Shown: in pieces, positions 19,078 to 29,551 of the stretch
Layout: every line of letters starts with the position of its first letter
Numbering within the stretch: the first letter of the stretch is position 1
Source: Wolbachia endosymbiont of Dirofilaria (Dirofilaria) immitis
GTDB lineage: Bacteria; Pseudomonadota; Alphaproteobacteria; Rickettsiales; Anaplasmataceae
Reading direction: 5' to 3'
NCBI RefSeq assembly: GCF_013365455.1
Contig: NZ_CP046578.1
Coordinates: 570,001 to 602,000, forward strand
Length of the DNA: 32,000 nucleotides
The notes under the pieces: model-generated
Databases searched by the model: none
Told to the model about the DNA's origin: nothing
The model's input: only the letters and a program-made list of their open reading frames with translations
Position numbers and translations under genes: made by a program

Positions 19078-19162
19078 AACGTTACAAAAGGCTTTAACAT
19101 ATAATAACACAATAAGCTTCAAACACACTTACATTTTGCTATACAATAGGCATCATTAGTTA

Positions 19163-21859
19163 ATGTCTTTTATGAAAAAAATTTTCACTATTAACGCATA
19201 TGAAACCTTTTTTGATGTGCTGGTTCAGCACATATTTTCTGAATATGAAAAAGAAAAAATTCCTGAAATAAAGATTATACTCCCCTGCAAAAGAGATGTC
19301 ATAGCATTGTTAAGTGCATCCAAAAGCCACAGTGCTAAAAAATGCATCATTCTACCAGAGGTAGTTTCACTAGAAAACATTAATGAAGAAGATTCAATAT
19401 TAAATCTTGACAAAATCAGAGTCATCAAGCCAATAAAAAGGATGCTATTGCTGATTCAATTCATCCTAAAATGGAATAAAAAAAATAACGATACCTTCCC
19501 CATTGATTTAGCTTGCAGCCTACCACTACTGCTTGATGAGATCCAAGCTGCCCAAACAATAGATTATTATCAACCCAGTGAGCACCCAGGAAAAATAGAA
19601 AGTTTCATAAATTTGCTTATTGAAACCTGGGATAAAACCCTAAGAAATCTTGGAGTAATAGATATATCAAAACATAAAAGTGATTATATAAAAAATATGA
19701 TCGCTTCTTTAAAAAAAGATCAACATGTAATCTTTGTTGGAATTGGAAAGGGTAAAATTTATAAACTATTGATCAAAGCTATATATGACATACCACTTGG
19801 AAAAATAATCTTACCTAACTTGAACTTAAAAATTAAAGAGAAAAATTGGAAGTCACTTGGTAAAAGGCACTACCAGCATAGTATAAAGGATCTGCTGGAT
19901 TACTTAAATGTAGATAGAAAAGATGTAAGTCTTCTAAAAGAAACTAACATCACTGCCACTCAAACACATAAAGCTGGAATTTGTGATCAAGGAACTGTAG
20001 ACCACCTAGATTATATCTTTGATACAACTACTGATCTTAACAAAGTTAGTAATGAGTACATCAAAAATATCGAAGTCATCACCTGTGACTCTAAAGAAGA
20101 AGAAGCACAAGTGATATCGTTGATTATAAAAAATGAAGGTCATGAAAACGTTTCTCTGGTCGTTCTTGATAAATTACTTGCAACACGTATAGCTTGTTTA
20201 TCAAAGCCCATATCAGAAAATTACTCTTACATAATGCTTTTACTTAATAGTATCGAAGTTTTGACCTCAAATTGGAACAGTGTAGCATTGCTTGCGCTTC
20301 TCAAACATAAACTAGTAACTTTTGGTCACTCTCAGGAAAAATATGCTCAGATTTTATCTGAGTTTGAAATAGAGGTATTACGTAACTTTAACACAAATGG
20401 CCTAAGCGATATCATAAATTCTATTAATATCCATGAAAAGCTAAAATATAAAGAGGATATACTGTTTATTATTAATAATTTAAAGATTATATCTAATATA
20501 TTATATAATGTTACAGATTATTTTATTTATGATATAGTAACAGCCCATTTACAGTGCATTAATATGCTTTCTAATATAAATTTTTTAGAGCTAGATAATA
20601 AAATAGGCGATTTTGTTCGTGATTTTTTAAACGCATGTAAGGGTGTAACAATCAAATGTTCTTTAGAGCTATACAAACAAATTCTAATGTTATTCCTAAA
20701 GAAAGAGTTTTTTTCTATAACAAGTAACTTTAATAGACTCAGTTTATATCACAATAGAGTTACAATACTTGCTGGATTTTATGATATGCCTAGTTTTCAA
20801 AACCCACTTTTAAATGCATTGACAAGAGAAAAATTTAACCTCCCTTCTATACAAGAGAAGCAGGGTTATTTTTTATATACCTTACGCAATTTATTTGGTG
20901 CAAGCAAAGTTTATATCACAAGACTGCTGAGCGATAAGAAACCAACTATATTAAGTCGTCTAGAAGTTCTATTACAAAAACCAAAATATCCTTATTGTGA
21001 TTGGTTAAGAATATTAAATACACCTGAATATGTTGTTCCATACACTCAGCCTATACCAAAGCCTCAAGCTAAAGTCAGAGAAGAAAAAATGCAAGTGATA
21101 TCTTGCAGTGCGGTAGAAAAACTAATTCGTAATCCTTACTCGTTTTATGTTGAATACATACTGAACCTTAAACAGTTAAGAGACCTAAATTTCAAGCCAT
21201 CAATATTAGAATTTGGCACTGTGGTGCACAGCATTTTTAAGAAGCACTCATGTGATAGAAAACCATTAATGAGCATCGCACACGAAGTATTCTCAACTAG
21301 CCAGTTTCACTTCTCAAGTATATGGTGGGCAAGGTTACAAAGAGTAATTCAATCTTTCGTTAAACTAGATAAGGATAGAAATAATCATGTCGAGTTAGAA
21401 AAGAGCTTTTCTTATCCGATATCTCATATTCCAACACATACTGACAGTTATGTTACTTGGATGACAAAAGAAATTTCACTGATAGTAAGATGTGACCGAG
21501 TTGAATACCTGCCAAGTGGGCAAGTAGCAATTATAGACTATAAATTTGGTTCATCACCATCAAATAAGGAAATTATGTCAGGTTTTTTTCCACAATTAAT
21601 TTTACAAGCCTTAGCAGTGGAACATACAACCAAGAGAGAAGTTTCAGAGCTTGCTTATTGGAAATTTGACTATGATAAAATAAAAGTTACTACCTTAAAA
21701 AATTATAGACTAAAAATGCAAGAATTTCAAGATAATTTACCAAGCTTCCTGTCTAATTATTTAAGGGAGACTACCCCTTTTATTGCCTCCCCATATTTCG
21801 ATAAATTCCTAAGATTTAATAGCTATAAACAGCTAGAAAGGATAGAAGAGTGGTTGTAA
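19163..21859 (+). CDS. addB: AddB-like PD-(D/E)XK nuclease family protein (inactivated superfamily I helicase-like N-terminus)
   Basis: 898 aa. The C-terminal nuclease motif is RCDRVEYLPSGQVAIIDYKFG...QLILQALA, and I saw no clear Walker A. The size and layout resemble alphaproteobacterial AddB. Confidence 0.55.
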   Translation: MSFMKKIFTINAYETFFDVLVQHIFSEYEKEKIPEIKIILPCKRDVIALLSASKSHSAKKCIILPEVVSLENINEEDSILNLDKIRVIKPIKRMLLLIQFILKWNKKNNDTFPIDLACSLPLLLDEIQAAQTIDYYQPSEHPGKIESFINLLIETWDKTLRNLGVIDISKHKSDYIKNMIASLKKDQHVIFVGIGKGKIYKLLIKAIYDIPLGKIILPNLNLKIKEKNWKSLGKRHYQHSIKDLLDYLNVDRKDVSLLKETNITATQTHKAGICDQGTVDHLDYIFDTTTDLNKVSNEYIKNIEVITCDSKEEEAQVISLIIKNEGHENVSLVVLDKLLATRIACLSKPISENYSYIMLLLNSIEVLTSNWNSVALLALLKHKLVTFGHSQEKYAQILSEFEIEVLRNFNTNGLSDIINSINIHEKLKYKEDILFIINNLKIISNILYNVTDYFIYDIVTAHLQCINMLSNINFLELDNKIGDFVRDFLNACKGVTIKCSLELYKQILMLFLKKEFFSITSNFNRLSLYHNRVTILAGFYDMPSFQNPLLNALTREKFNLPSIQEKQGYFLYTLRNLFGASKVYITRLLSDKKPTILSRLEVLLQKPKYPYCDWLRILNTPEYVVPYTQPIPKPQAKVREEKMQVISCSAVEKLIRNPYSFYVEYILNLKQLRDLNFKPSILEFGTVVHSIFKKHSCDRKPLMSIAHEVFSTSQFHFSSIWWARLQRVIQSFVKLDKDRNNHVELEKSFSYPISHIPTHTDSYVTWMTKEISLIVRCDRVEYLPSGQVAIIDYKFGSSPSNKEIMSGFFPQLILQALAVEHTTKREVSELAYWKFDYDKIKVTTLKNYRLKMQEFQDNLPSFLSNYLRETTPFIASPYFDKFLRFNSYKQLERIEEWL

Positions 21860-23747
21860 AATCAGTAATAGTACATCACGAAAGTAGCTGACACTTTGAT
21901 TTATAGTGTAGTTCATTGTACTACAGCATTAACATATGACAGAAATGTTGATAGATTTTCTGTTATCCTCATTTTAACATTTCTGAAGATAATACAAAAA
22001 TAGAACATCATCCTTGATTATGCTAAATTAAAACTGGATTTCAATATCTGTTAATTAAAACGCTATTTTAAAATAAGACATAGGTTGGTTAAGTAAAAAA
22101 TTTGCCTCTATGCTTCTATTTTTTACTTTATCTCTTTGCAAACTCCCATAGTAATACGTTAAACTATCTCTTGACTAAGCAAAAATTTTACAACCACAAA
22201 AACATATAAAGAGGCGTCAAAGTACTATGGTAATCAGATGGTATGTGTAGAAGAGATTAAGAAAGTACATTGTAAATTCATGCATAAACAGCAACCATAA
22301 CAAAATAGTCAGGCAAAAGCTAAAAAGAGAACATAAAGTAACAAAAAAAATTCAAGAAATAAAAGAAACAACAGTGGTACATTGAGTACCAATAGATAAG
22401 CTAAAATTTGTAATATGCATACTAGCTGGCATTTAATATTGAACTATACATGGAGAATTTTTTAATAGCCTAAACTTAGTTGAGCAAAATTCCTTGAAGG
22501 AGTTTTTTTCAAGTATAGTACTAATATAATTCAACACTGATTCATAATTAGTGCAGCATTAGACTATACTTACACCTTACATATATAAATGTAATCCTAT
22601 AGAATAAGACTACCTTATACGTTGTGCATGAGTTAGAAGGCGGTAACCCTACATTATAAATGTGATTCTAAAGCATGGAACAAATTCTAATGAATTTGAT
22701 AGCTAAAAATTTACATTATTGCATTGCACTCTAAAAAAAATAAAAACAATGTTGATAAGATACTACCTGAACACAGCGCTGAAACTGATGTAAACTCTTT
22801 TGAAAAAAAGCTAATCGTTAAAATGGTATCATAAAACACAGTCCAAAGCATAACAAAAATACTCTTACTACATGCATTTAATAGGCAAAAAAACAGGGTG
22901 CATAGTTTTATTATTTTCAATAATTATACAGAACTGATTACAATATCGAAATTGCAGAATTATCATTAAAGGAAGGTTCTAGTCGCAAATTTTGTAATTA
23001 AATAGAAAAAGAGAATCAAATACTAGTACATCACATATTTAGCCAAGTAGAAAGAGAAAATGAGATTGTAAAATTACTTATTTAAACACAAGGAAAATGC
23101 AAATAATAATAATTTACATTTATCCAGCTACTTATAACAGGTAATATAGAACATAACTCTCCACAAAAAACAACTTTCAAGAGTTCCTTAAGAAAATAGG
23201 TAATCACTTAAGTTCAATGCTGCTGTTCAGTGTTATAGTAATATAACACTTATAATAAAAATTATACCTAGAACTACTATTGTATTGAAATAATCACACT
23301 TGTTGTGTTATCAGGAATTGCTAATACTGCGGCAAGCAGAATAGCACAGGATATCTTGCTAATATATTGATAAATCAATGCTGTTGTAATCAGTAGTATA
23401 CATTCTAGTACTATATAAGCCCTACTTGGCATCAGCCCATAAAAACAAATTAAACATGTTATAAGTTTGCAAACTCCTAGCTGTAAGTGCTACTCTTAGT
23501 TTATCATTCCAAGATTTCGTATAAGATCAGATCTCTTATATAACTATTTTCATGTTAAAACTTGCTTATGCTCTTCCTAAGTATTTTACAACCGTATTTC
23601 TCTTACAAACTCCTTATCACTATATAATAGATCTAGCATAGAGAGTTATCATTAAAATTGCTGTAAAAAAAACTGAGTATTAAAAAGAACAAAGTACTTG
23701 TGCTTTACTTACGCTAAAGTAAAATTAGAGTTTACTCAATAATTTTG
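21860..23747. other. 1.9-kb gene desert
   Basis: Only one ORF of at least 60 codons (22711-22920, TTG start, low complexity). It contains A-rich plus-strand stretches with stop-interrupted open fragments. Confidence 0.55.
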
Positions 23748-25133
23748 ATGCTTGATGAAATACATGAAGAATGTGGGGTATTTGGTACAAGCTACAACAA
23801 GAATGCTGCTTTTGACTCTATACTAGGTCTTCATGCTTTACAGCATAGAGGTCAAGAATCTTTTGGCATAACTACAAGTAGCAATGGCAAGTTACATTCT
23901 TATCACTTTCAAGGTCAAGTAAGCAGCATAATTGATAAAACAAGTGAAATAAAAAAATCCCTGCCTGGAGATTACGCAATAGGCCATGTTCGATATTCAA
24001 CAAGTGGTAGTAAGTCTGGAGCACAACCTATGCTCGGCAAAAGCAGTAAGTTTGGAGATTTTGCTATAGCACACAATGGTAATTTAATTAAAGTTTCCTT
24101 AATACGTGAACAGCTAATCAAACAAGGATGTATTTTTCAATCAGATATTGACACAGAAGTAGTAGTACGTTTAGTAGAAATCAATACGAAGAGTAGCTTC
24201 TTAGAGAGTTTCATATACGCATTAAAGCAAATACAAGGTGCCTATTCCTTCGTTGCAATCAACCAAGAAGTAGTTATTGGAGTACGCGACCCAGCAGGAA
24301 TAAGGCCTCTTGTTTCAGGGAAGTTAAATGGTTCTTATGTTCTCGCATCTGAGACTTGTGCTTTTGATATAGTAAACGCAGAATTTGTGAGAGAAATAGA
24401 GCCAGGGGAGCTAGTCACTCTCGATCGGAATGGCAACTTAGCTTCAGCATTTCCCTTTTCACAGCAAAAGTCAAGCTTTTGTATTTTTGAATATGTTTAC
24501 TTCTCACGATCAGACAGCATAATGGAGAACAAGTCTATATATGATATAAGAAAAGAAGTAGGAAGAACGCTTGCAGAGGAAAGTCCACCAAAAAATGACG
24601 TGGATATGGTTGTACCAATACCTGATTCTGGAACACCTGTAGCTATCGGATATTCAAAGCATTCAGCTCTGCCCATGGAACTAGGAATAATTCGCAATCA
24701 CTATATAGGAAGAACTTTTATACAACCAACCGCTGAAGTACGTAAAGATAAAATAAAACTAAAATTTAATGCTAACAAACAAATTCTGAAGGGTAAAAAT
24801 ATAGTTTTAATAGATGATAGTATAGTACGTGGTAGCACACTCAGAAACATAATAGTCATGCTAAAAGACGCAGGAGTAAAAGAAATTCACCTAAAAATTT
24901 CAAGCCCACCAATTAAGTATTCTTGTTTTTATGGAATCGATACACCAGAACGCAAGGATTTAATTGCTGCAAACCAATCTATAAAGGAAATAGAGGCAAG
25001 CATAGGAGTGAATAGCTTAACTTTCTTAAGCATTGATAGTCTATATCAAGCCATTAAGAAAGAAAAGCGCAATAACATAACACCTCAATACTGCGATGCC
25101 TGTTTTACTGGTGATTATCCAATTGGCAAGTAA
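23748..25133 (+). CDS. purF: Amidophosphoribosyltransferase
   Basis: It has the N-terminal nucleophile context (EECGVFG), a PRPP loop (VLIDDSIVRGSTL) and Fe-S cysteines (CFYGID, CDACFTGDYP). The track start at 23745 is TTG; ATG at 23748 is more likely. Confidence 0.95.
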   Translation: MLDEIHEECGVFGTSYNKNAAFDSILGLHALQHRGQESFGITTSSNGKLHSYHFQGQVSSIIDKTSEIKKSLPGDYAIGHVRYSTSGSKSGAQPMLGKSSKFGDFAIAHNGNLIKVSLIREQLIKQGCIFQSDIDTEVVVRLVEINTKSSFLESFIYALKQIQGAYSFVAINQEVVIGVRDPAGIRPLVSGKLNGSYVLASETCAFDIVNAEFVREIEPGELVTLDRNGNLASAFPFSQQKSSFCIFEYVYFSRSDSIMENKSIYDIRKEVGRTLAEESPPKNDVDMVVPIPDSGTPVAIGYSKHSALPMELGIIRNHYIGRTFIQPTAEVRKDKIKLKFNANKQILKGKNIVLIDDSIVRGSTLRNIIVMLKDAGVKEIHLKISSPPIKYSCFYGIDTPERKDLIAANQSIKEIEASIGVNSLTFLSIDSLYQAIKKEKRNNITPQYCDACFTGDYPIGK

Positions 25134-25301
25134 TTTAATTAGTAGAAAAAACAGTTTTAAAATAAGTTTTTATAAATCACCAATTCCTATGAATTAAAAG
25201 TATTAAAATAATTACTGTGAATGTCAAAAAAAAGAAAAAATAATGAATAACATATATACTTTTTCATTATTTTATGATTAAATAGCAACAATTATAATCT
25301 C

Positions 25302-25886
25302 ATGGTAAGCAATGTGTTCATTCAAATCGAAGAAACACCAAACCTAAACACATTGAAGTTTCTTCCTGGATTTGCGATTCTAAACGAAGGAGAAACGGTT
25401 GATTTCTCAAGCACAGATAAAACAAAAAACTCTAAATTAGCAGCAAATCTTTTCCAAATAGAACATGTAGTAAGAGTATTTTTCGGTCACGATTTTATTT
25501 CAGTAACAAAATCAGATAAAATTAACTGGAATACATTAAAAACAGAAGTCTTAACTACAATCATAGATCACTTTACTTCTGGTAGAAAAGCCCTAGATAA
25601 AGAATGGGTAAATGATAATGACATACTAGAGAAAGAATTTTTTGATGAAAGTGACACAGAAATTGTAAGCAGGATAAAAGAATTAATGGAAAGTTATATC
25701 AAACCTGCAGTCACTCAAGATGGTGGCGATATCAAATTTCGTGGTTATAAAGACGGAATAGTTTATGTTGAGCTACAAGGATCCTGTTCTGGGTGTCCAA
25801 GTGCTGCAATCACTCTTAAGCAGGGAGTACAAAACATGCTGTGCTATCATATACCAGAAATTCTAGGTATAGAGACTATACTATGA
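25302..25886 (+). CDS. nfu: NifU/Nfu-type Fe-S cluster scaffold protein
   Basis: 194 aa with an Nfu_N-like N-terminus ([18 protein letters not shown]) and a C-terminal CSGCPSA motif. Confidence 0.85.
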   Translation: MVSNVFIQIEETPNLNTLKFLPGFAILNEGETVDFSSTDKTKNSKLAANLFQIEHVVRVFFGHDFISVTKSDKINWNTLKTEVLTTIIDHFTSGRKALDKEWVNDNDILEKEFFDESDTEIVSRIKELMESYIKPAVTQDGGDIKFRGYKDGIVYVELQGSCSGCPSAAITLKQGVQNMLCYHIPEILGIETIL

Positions 25887-27124
25887 TTACTCAACTAGCT
25901 AGAGGAACAAAGGATCTATTGTTTAATGAATGGTATAAGTTCAAATATATAGAGCAAACAGCAAACAGGATTTCAAATTTATACGGTTTTCTGCCTGTTC
26001 AAACTCCAATATTTGAATATACAGAAGTCTTCACAAAGACTTTAGGTAATAGCTCGGACATTATCAATAAAGAGATGTACACCTTCAATGATAAAGGAGG
26101 AAAGAGCATAACTTTGCGCCCTGAGTTTACTGCCGCAGTCGTCAGGTTACTGATTGAAAAAAAACTGCAAACACCGATAAAATTGTTTTCAACAGGGCCT
26201 GCATTCCGATATGAGAGACCTCAAAAGGGAAGGCAAAGACAGTTTCACCAAATAAATTTTGAAGTTTTCGGTATAGAAGACCCAAAAGCTGATGTTGAAT
26301 TGATATCACTCGCTCAACATCTGTTAACTGAATTTGGTCTTAATAAAAACTTAAGGTTAGAAATTAATTCTTTAGGTAATAGTGAAACGATGCCAAAATA
26401 TAGAGAAGCTCTAATATCATATTTCAAAAAGTTTCAAAATGACCTATCAGAAGATAGCCAAAATAGACTGATTAAAAACCCACTTAGAATATTGGATTCC
26501 AAAGACAAGAAAGATAAAGAAATAATCTCTGGTGCACCTAAAATTAGCGATCATTATACAAAGGAGTCTTCATATTTTTTTGATCAAATATTAAACGGAT
26601 TAACAATTCTCGATATACCTTATACCATAAACAATACACTAGTCCGTGGATTAGATTATTATTGCCACACAGTATTTGAATTCATTACAGAAGATTTGGG
26701 TAGCCAAAGAACAGTATTTGCAGGAGGAAGATATGATAATCTGATGTCTTCAGTAGGTGAAAAATACACTCCAGCAGTAGGATTTGCTGGAGGTGTTGAG
26801 CGCATAATGGAATTAACCAGTTATTCTGCAAAAGAAGAGAGACCTACTTATCTAGTTCCTATTGACAGTGAGGCTAAAGAATATGCTTTCACGCTTGCAA
26901 ATGAATTACGTAGAAGCGGTTTATACATAATTCATGAATATAGTGGAACGCTTAAAAGCTATATGAAGAAAGCGAATCAAGCAAATGCTAAAGTCGCACT
27001 TATTTTCGGTAATGAAGAACTGAGCAGTAAAATTTTAAAAATTAAGAACATGGATACAGGTGAAGAAAAGAAAGTTACCCATGACGATATAATAGAAAAC
27101 ATTCACCAAGCTTTGCTTACATAA
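25883..27124 (+). CDS. hisS: Histidyl-tRNA synthetase
   Basis: Class II motifs are present ([30 protein letters not shown]). I place the true start at MITQLARG, an ATGA overlap with the nfu stop. The track start at 25841 is an in-frame upstream extension. Confidence 0.95.
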   Translation: MITQLARGTKDLLFNEWYKFKYIEQTANRISNLYGFLPVQTPIFEYTEVFTKTLGNSSDIINKEMYTFNDKGGKSITLRPEFTAAVVRLLIEKKLQTPIKLFSTGPAFRYERPQKGRQRQFHQINFEVFGIEDPKADVELISLAQHLLTEFGLNKNLRLEINSLGNSETMPKYREALISYFKKFQNDLSEDSQNRLIKNPLRILDSKDKKDKEIISGAPKISDHYTKESSYFFDQILNGLTILDIPYTINNTLVRGLDYYCHTVFEFITEDLGSQRTVFAGGRYDNLMSSVGEKYTPAVGFAGGVERIMELTSYSAKEERPTYLVPIDSEAKEYAFTLANELRRSGLYIIHEYSGTLKSYMKKANQANAKVALIFGNEELSSKILKIKNMDTGEEKKVTHDDIIENIHQALLT

Positions 27125-27140
27125 ATTAAATAAATATAGT

Positions 27141-27638
27141 TTATTTCATATGGCATGAACCATGCATTTTTTGGTATGCTTTCTGAAAGCCAAGTAGAGA
27201 ATAAGTATCATCAACAGTAGTTGCTCTTATTTTCCCACTAACTACCATTGACAACCCTTGTTTCATCTTGAGGATTAGATCTTGATCTGTTTCTATATGT
27301 TCTGCCCACGCAAAATTCCCCTGTATTATAGACAGTATATATTCAACTTTCTTATCGACACCGAGAACTACAGGCTCTTTATCGTACTGAAAGCCAGAAG
27401 TTACGCTTACCTCACCTGCTTTTTTATTAACATAACTAACCATTACATATGGCCTGCGAGCAATCGTATAATGCTCACTTTTTTTCTTAGGATAAGATAC
27501 AATGTAACACACTCTTTCTCCATCTTCTAATGCAGTGTACACAAACCAATCTTTATACCTTTCCTTTAGCTCCACACTATCAACTGATGCAAGAGCATCC
27601 ATTGAGAAAAATATTAAAAATACAAAAAAACTACGCAT
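27141..27638 (-). CDS. IalB-like (invasion associated locus B family) periplasmic protein
   Basis: It has a signal peptide (MRSFFVFLIFFSMDALA), a W...C pattern (YKDWFVYTALEDGERVCYIV) and a C-terminal SLLGFQKAY. I prefer the ATG at 27638 over the TTG at 27647. Confidence 0.5.
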   Translation of the reverse strand: MRSFFVFLIFFSMDALASVDSVELKERYKDWFVYTALEDGERVCYIVSYPKKKSEHYTIARRPYVMVSYVNKKAGEVSVTSGFQYDKEPVVLGVDKKVEYILSIIQGNFAWAEHIETDQDLILKMKQGLSMVVSGKIRATTVDDTYSLLGFQKAYQKMHGSCHMK

Positions 27639-28524
27639 GCAAATCAAGCTTTAAACTTTCTGACTGTATATGCTGTTTTACTTTACTCATTGCTTGTTCG
27701 GCTAACTGTCTTATTCTCTCCCTTGAAACGCTATACTTTTTACCAAGCTCATCCAGAGTTTGAGTGTTTTCAGACAAATACCTGCTAATAAAGATATCTC
27801 TTGATCTTTCACTAAGACTTCCTAATGCATTATTTAAAATCGTTTCTTTCAATTCTTTTTCTTCATGATTTTGATAAGTTACTTCCTGACTAGCAAAGTT
27901 ACAAGGAATCATATCTTGCAGCTCTTTCTTAGAATCATCACCTACCTTTAAGCAATTATTCAGCGATTGATCCTTATAAGCCAACCGGTAACTCATCTGT
28001 ATAACATCCACTTCAGACACAGCAAGTTCATTAGATATCGCTTTTATTTCTTCACTGCTTAAGGTTTCTCTGTTTGTACACTGCAAAATTCTTTTCTTTA
28101 TTTTACGCAAACTAAAAAATAACTTTCTTTGCGCTTGTGTTGTGCCTATTTTTATAAATGACCAAGACTTCAATATGAAATCTTTTATTGAAGCTTCAAT
28201 CCACCATACCGCATAAGTCGAAAAGCGGAACCCCAGATTAGGATTAAACTTTTTCACTGCATGCATTAACCCTACATTTCCTTCCATAATCAAGTCCATA
28301 AGCAGTAACCCATAATTTTTAAACTTCATTGCAATTTTTACTACCAAATTTAAATGACTAGTAATTAACTTATGAGCAGAAGAAATATCCTTACATTGGT
28401 GCCAATTTTTTGCTAGCCGTATTTCCTCTTCTTGGGAAAGAATAGAAAATTTTTGCACTTCAGCAATATATTGAATTAGACTAGCACTACCATTCACACA
28501 CAAATTTAACGCCGGGATTAACAT
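27631..28524 (-). CDS. rpoH: RNA polymerase sigma-32 (heat-shock sigma factor)
   Basis: It has the RpoH box QRKLFFSLRKIK, region 2 (DLIMEGNVGLMHAVKKFNP, YAVWWI) and a region 4 HTH (LDELGKKYSVSRERIRQL). I prefer the ATG at 28524 over the GTG at 28536. Confidence 0.9.
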   Translation of the reverse strand: MLIPALNLCVNGSASLIQYIAEVQKFSILSQEEEIRLAKNWHQCKDISSAHKLITSHLNLVVKIAMKFKNYGLLLMDLIMEGNVGLMHAVKKFNPNLGFRFSTYAVWWIEASIKDFILKSWSFIKIGTTQAQRKLFFSLRKIKKRILQCTNRETLSSEEIKAISNELAVSEVDVIQMSYRLAYKDQSLNNCLKVGDDSKKELQDMIPCNFASQEVTYQNHEEKELKETILNNALGSLSERSRDIFISRYLSENTQTLDELGKKYSVSRERIRQLAEQAMSKVKQHIQSESLKLDLHA

Positions 28525-28696
28525 AATAACTAACACTAAAACTCTATGATACAGTATACATAATCTCTCAGCAAAAATTCAAGTTTTTACTAAAAAATAC
28601 AACTTATTACTTTATACCTGATTATAAAACTTTATAGCCTTACTATTAGTCATTAGTACCTTCAAACTAAAGTAGCACGTAGCAAGTAATGCTCTT

Positions 28697-28735
28697 CCAG
28701 TGCAAGAAAAACACTGGAATTCACATTCCTTTTTT
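28697..28735 (-). terminator. Possible wsp terminator (two adjacent small hairpins)
   Basis: CCAGTG-N9-CACTGG (28697-28717) overlaps GGAAT-TCAC-ATTCC (28716-28729). On the minus strand the second hairpin is followed by AGUGUUUUUCUU; on the plus strand by TTTTTT. Confidence 0.3.
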
Positions 28736-28801
28736 CTAGGTACCAATACCAGAGCTACCTAAATAACAAAACTGGAACAACAAGAAAAGTTACAAAATAG
28801 G

Positions 28802-29512
28802 CTAAAAATTAAACATTAACCCAGCTTCTGTGCCAACAGTGCCATAAAGAACTTTAATTCCGTCTTTAATAGGCTGCTGATCATTTTCAGTAACTGGTTT
28901 ATCAAATTTAGCACCATAAGAGCCAAAATAGCGAGCTCCAGCAAAGAGTTTAATCTCTGGAGTTACATCATAACTGATACCAGCTTTTGCCTGATAAGCA
29001 AAACCAAATCCATATTCCTTATCACCTGTAACTTTTGTTGCTAGAGGATTGCTAAGATATGCTGCGCCAACACCAATACCAATATATGGAGTAACAGGCA
29101 TATCTTCAATTGATACATCATAATATACGTTAACTAATCCTGAAAGTGCATTTAAGTTATCTGCAATTGCTGGAGTAGGAGCTGTTTCAAATATATCTCT
29201 ACTCAGTTGCGAGTAAAGACCTTCAATATCAACCCTAATATCGTCCATCTTATAACCAAAAGCACTACCACCAGCCATAAAAGAAGCTTTATAAAGGTCA
29301 GTAGTTACATTAGCATTTGCACTCTTCTTTTTAGCACCTATAACGCCATCAACTTCCGTTTTAAAAGGTAAAAATTCACTGTTGTACTGCAAGCGAATGT
29401 AGTAGCTAGTCTCTTCATCATCTATTGGACCAATAGGACCTGAAAAAGCAGCATTTGATAAACTTAGCAACGCCACTAAAGCAGTTGCTGAAAAAAACTT
29501 TTTATAATGCAT
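28802..29512 (-). CDS. wsp: Wolbachia surface protein WSP (major outer membrane protein)
   Basis: MHYKKFFSATALVALLSLSNAAFSGPIGPIDDEETSYYIRLQYNSEFLPF...GGSAFGYKMDDIRVDIEG...LSGLVNVYYD...DMPVTPYIGIGVGAAY...KLFAGARYFGSYGAKFD...GLMFNF follows the WSP sequence as I remember it. The ATG at 29512 is preceded by GGGGGTGA. The track start at 29527 is an extension. Confidence 0.9.
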   Translation of the reverse strand: MHYKKFFSATALVALLSLSNAAFSGPIGPIDDEETSYYIRLQYNSEFLPFKTEVDGVIGAKKKSANANVTTDLYKASFMAGGSAFGYKMDDIRVDIEGLYSQLSRDIFETAPTPAIADNLNALSGLVNVYYDVSIEDMPVTPYIGIGVGAAYLSNPLATKVTGDKEYGFGFAYQAKAGISYDVTPEIKLFAGARYFGSYGAKFDKPVTENDQQPIKDGIKVLYGTVGTEAGLMFNF

Positions 29513-29551
29513 AATCACCCCCATCAAAAAAATTAAAATTCCACTTTAGCA

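Noticed and set aside
22711-22920. 69-aa minus-strand ORF in the second desert
   Set aside because: It has a TTG start, no Shine-Dalgarno, a hydrophobic low-complexity sequence and no motifs.
23100-23460. Possible ankyrin-repeat remnants (fragments such as NLHLSSYL, GIANTAASRIAQDILLIY, INAVV)
   Set aside because: The spacing between the AA and LL positions does not fit the 33-residue ankyrin consensus, and the fragments lie in different frames. The resemblance is too loose to claim.
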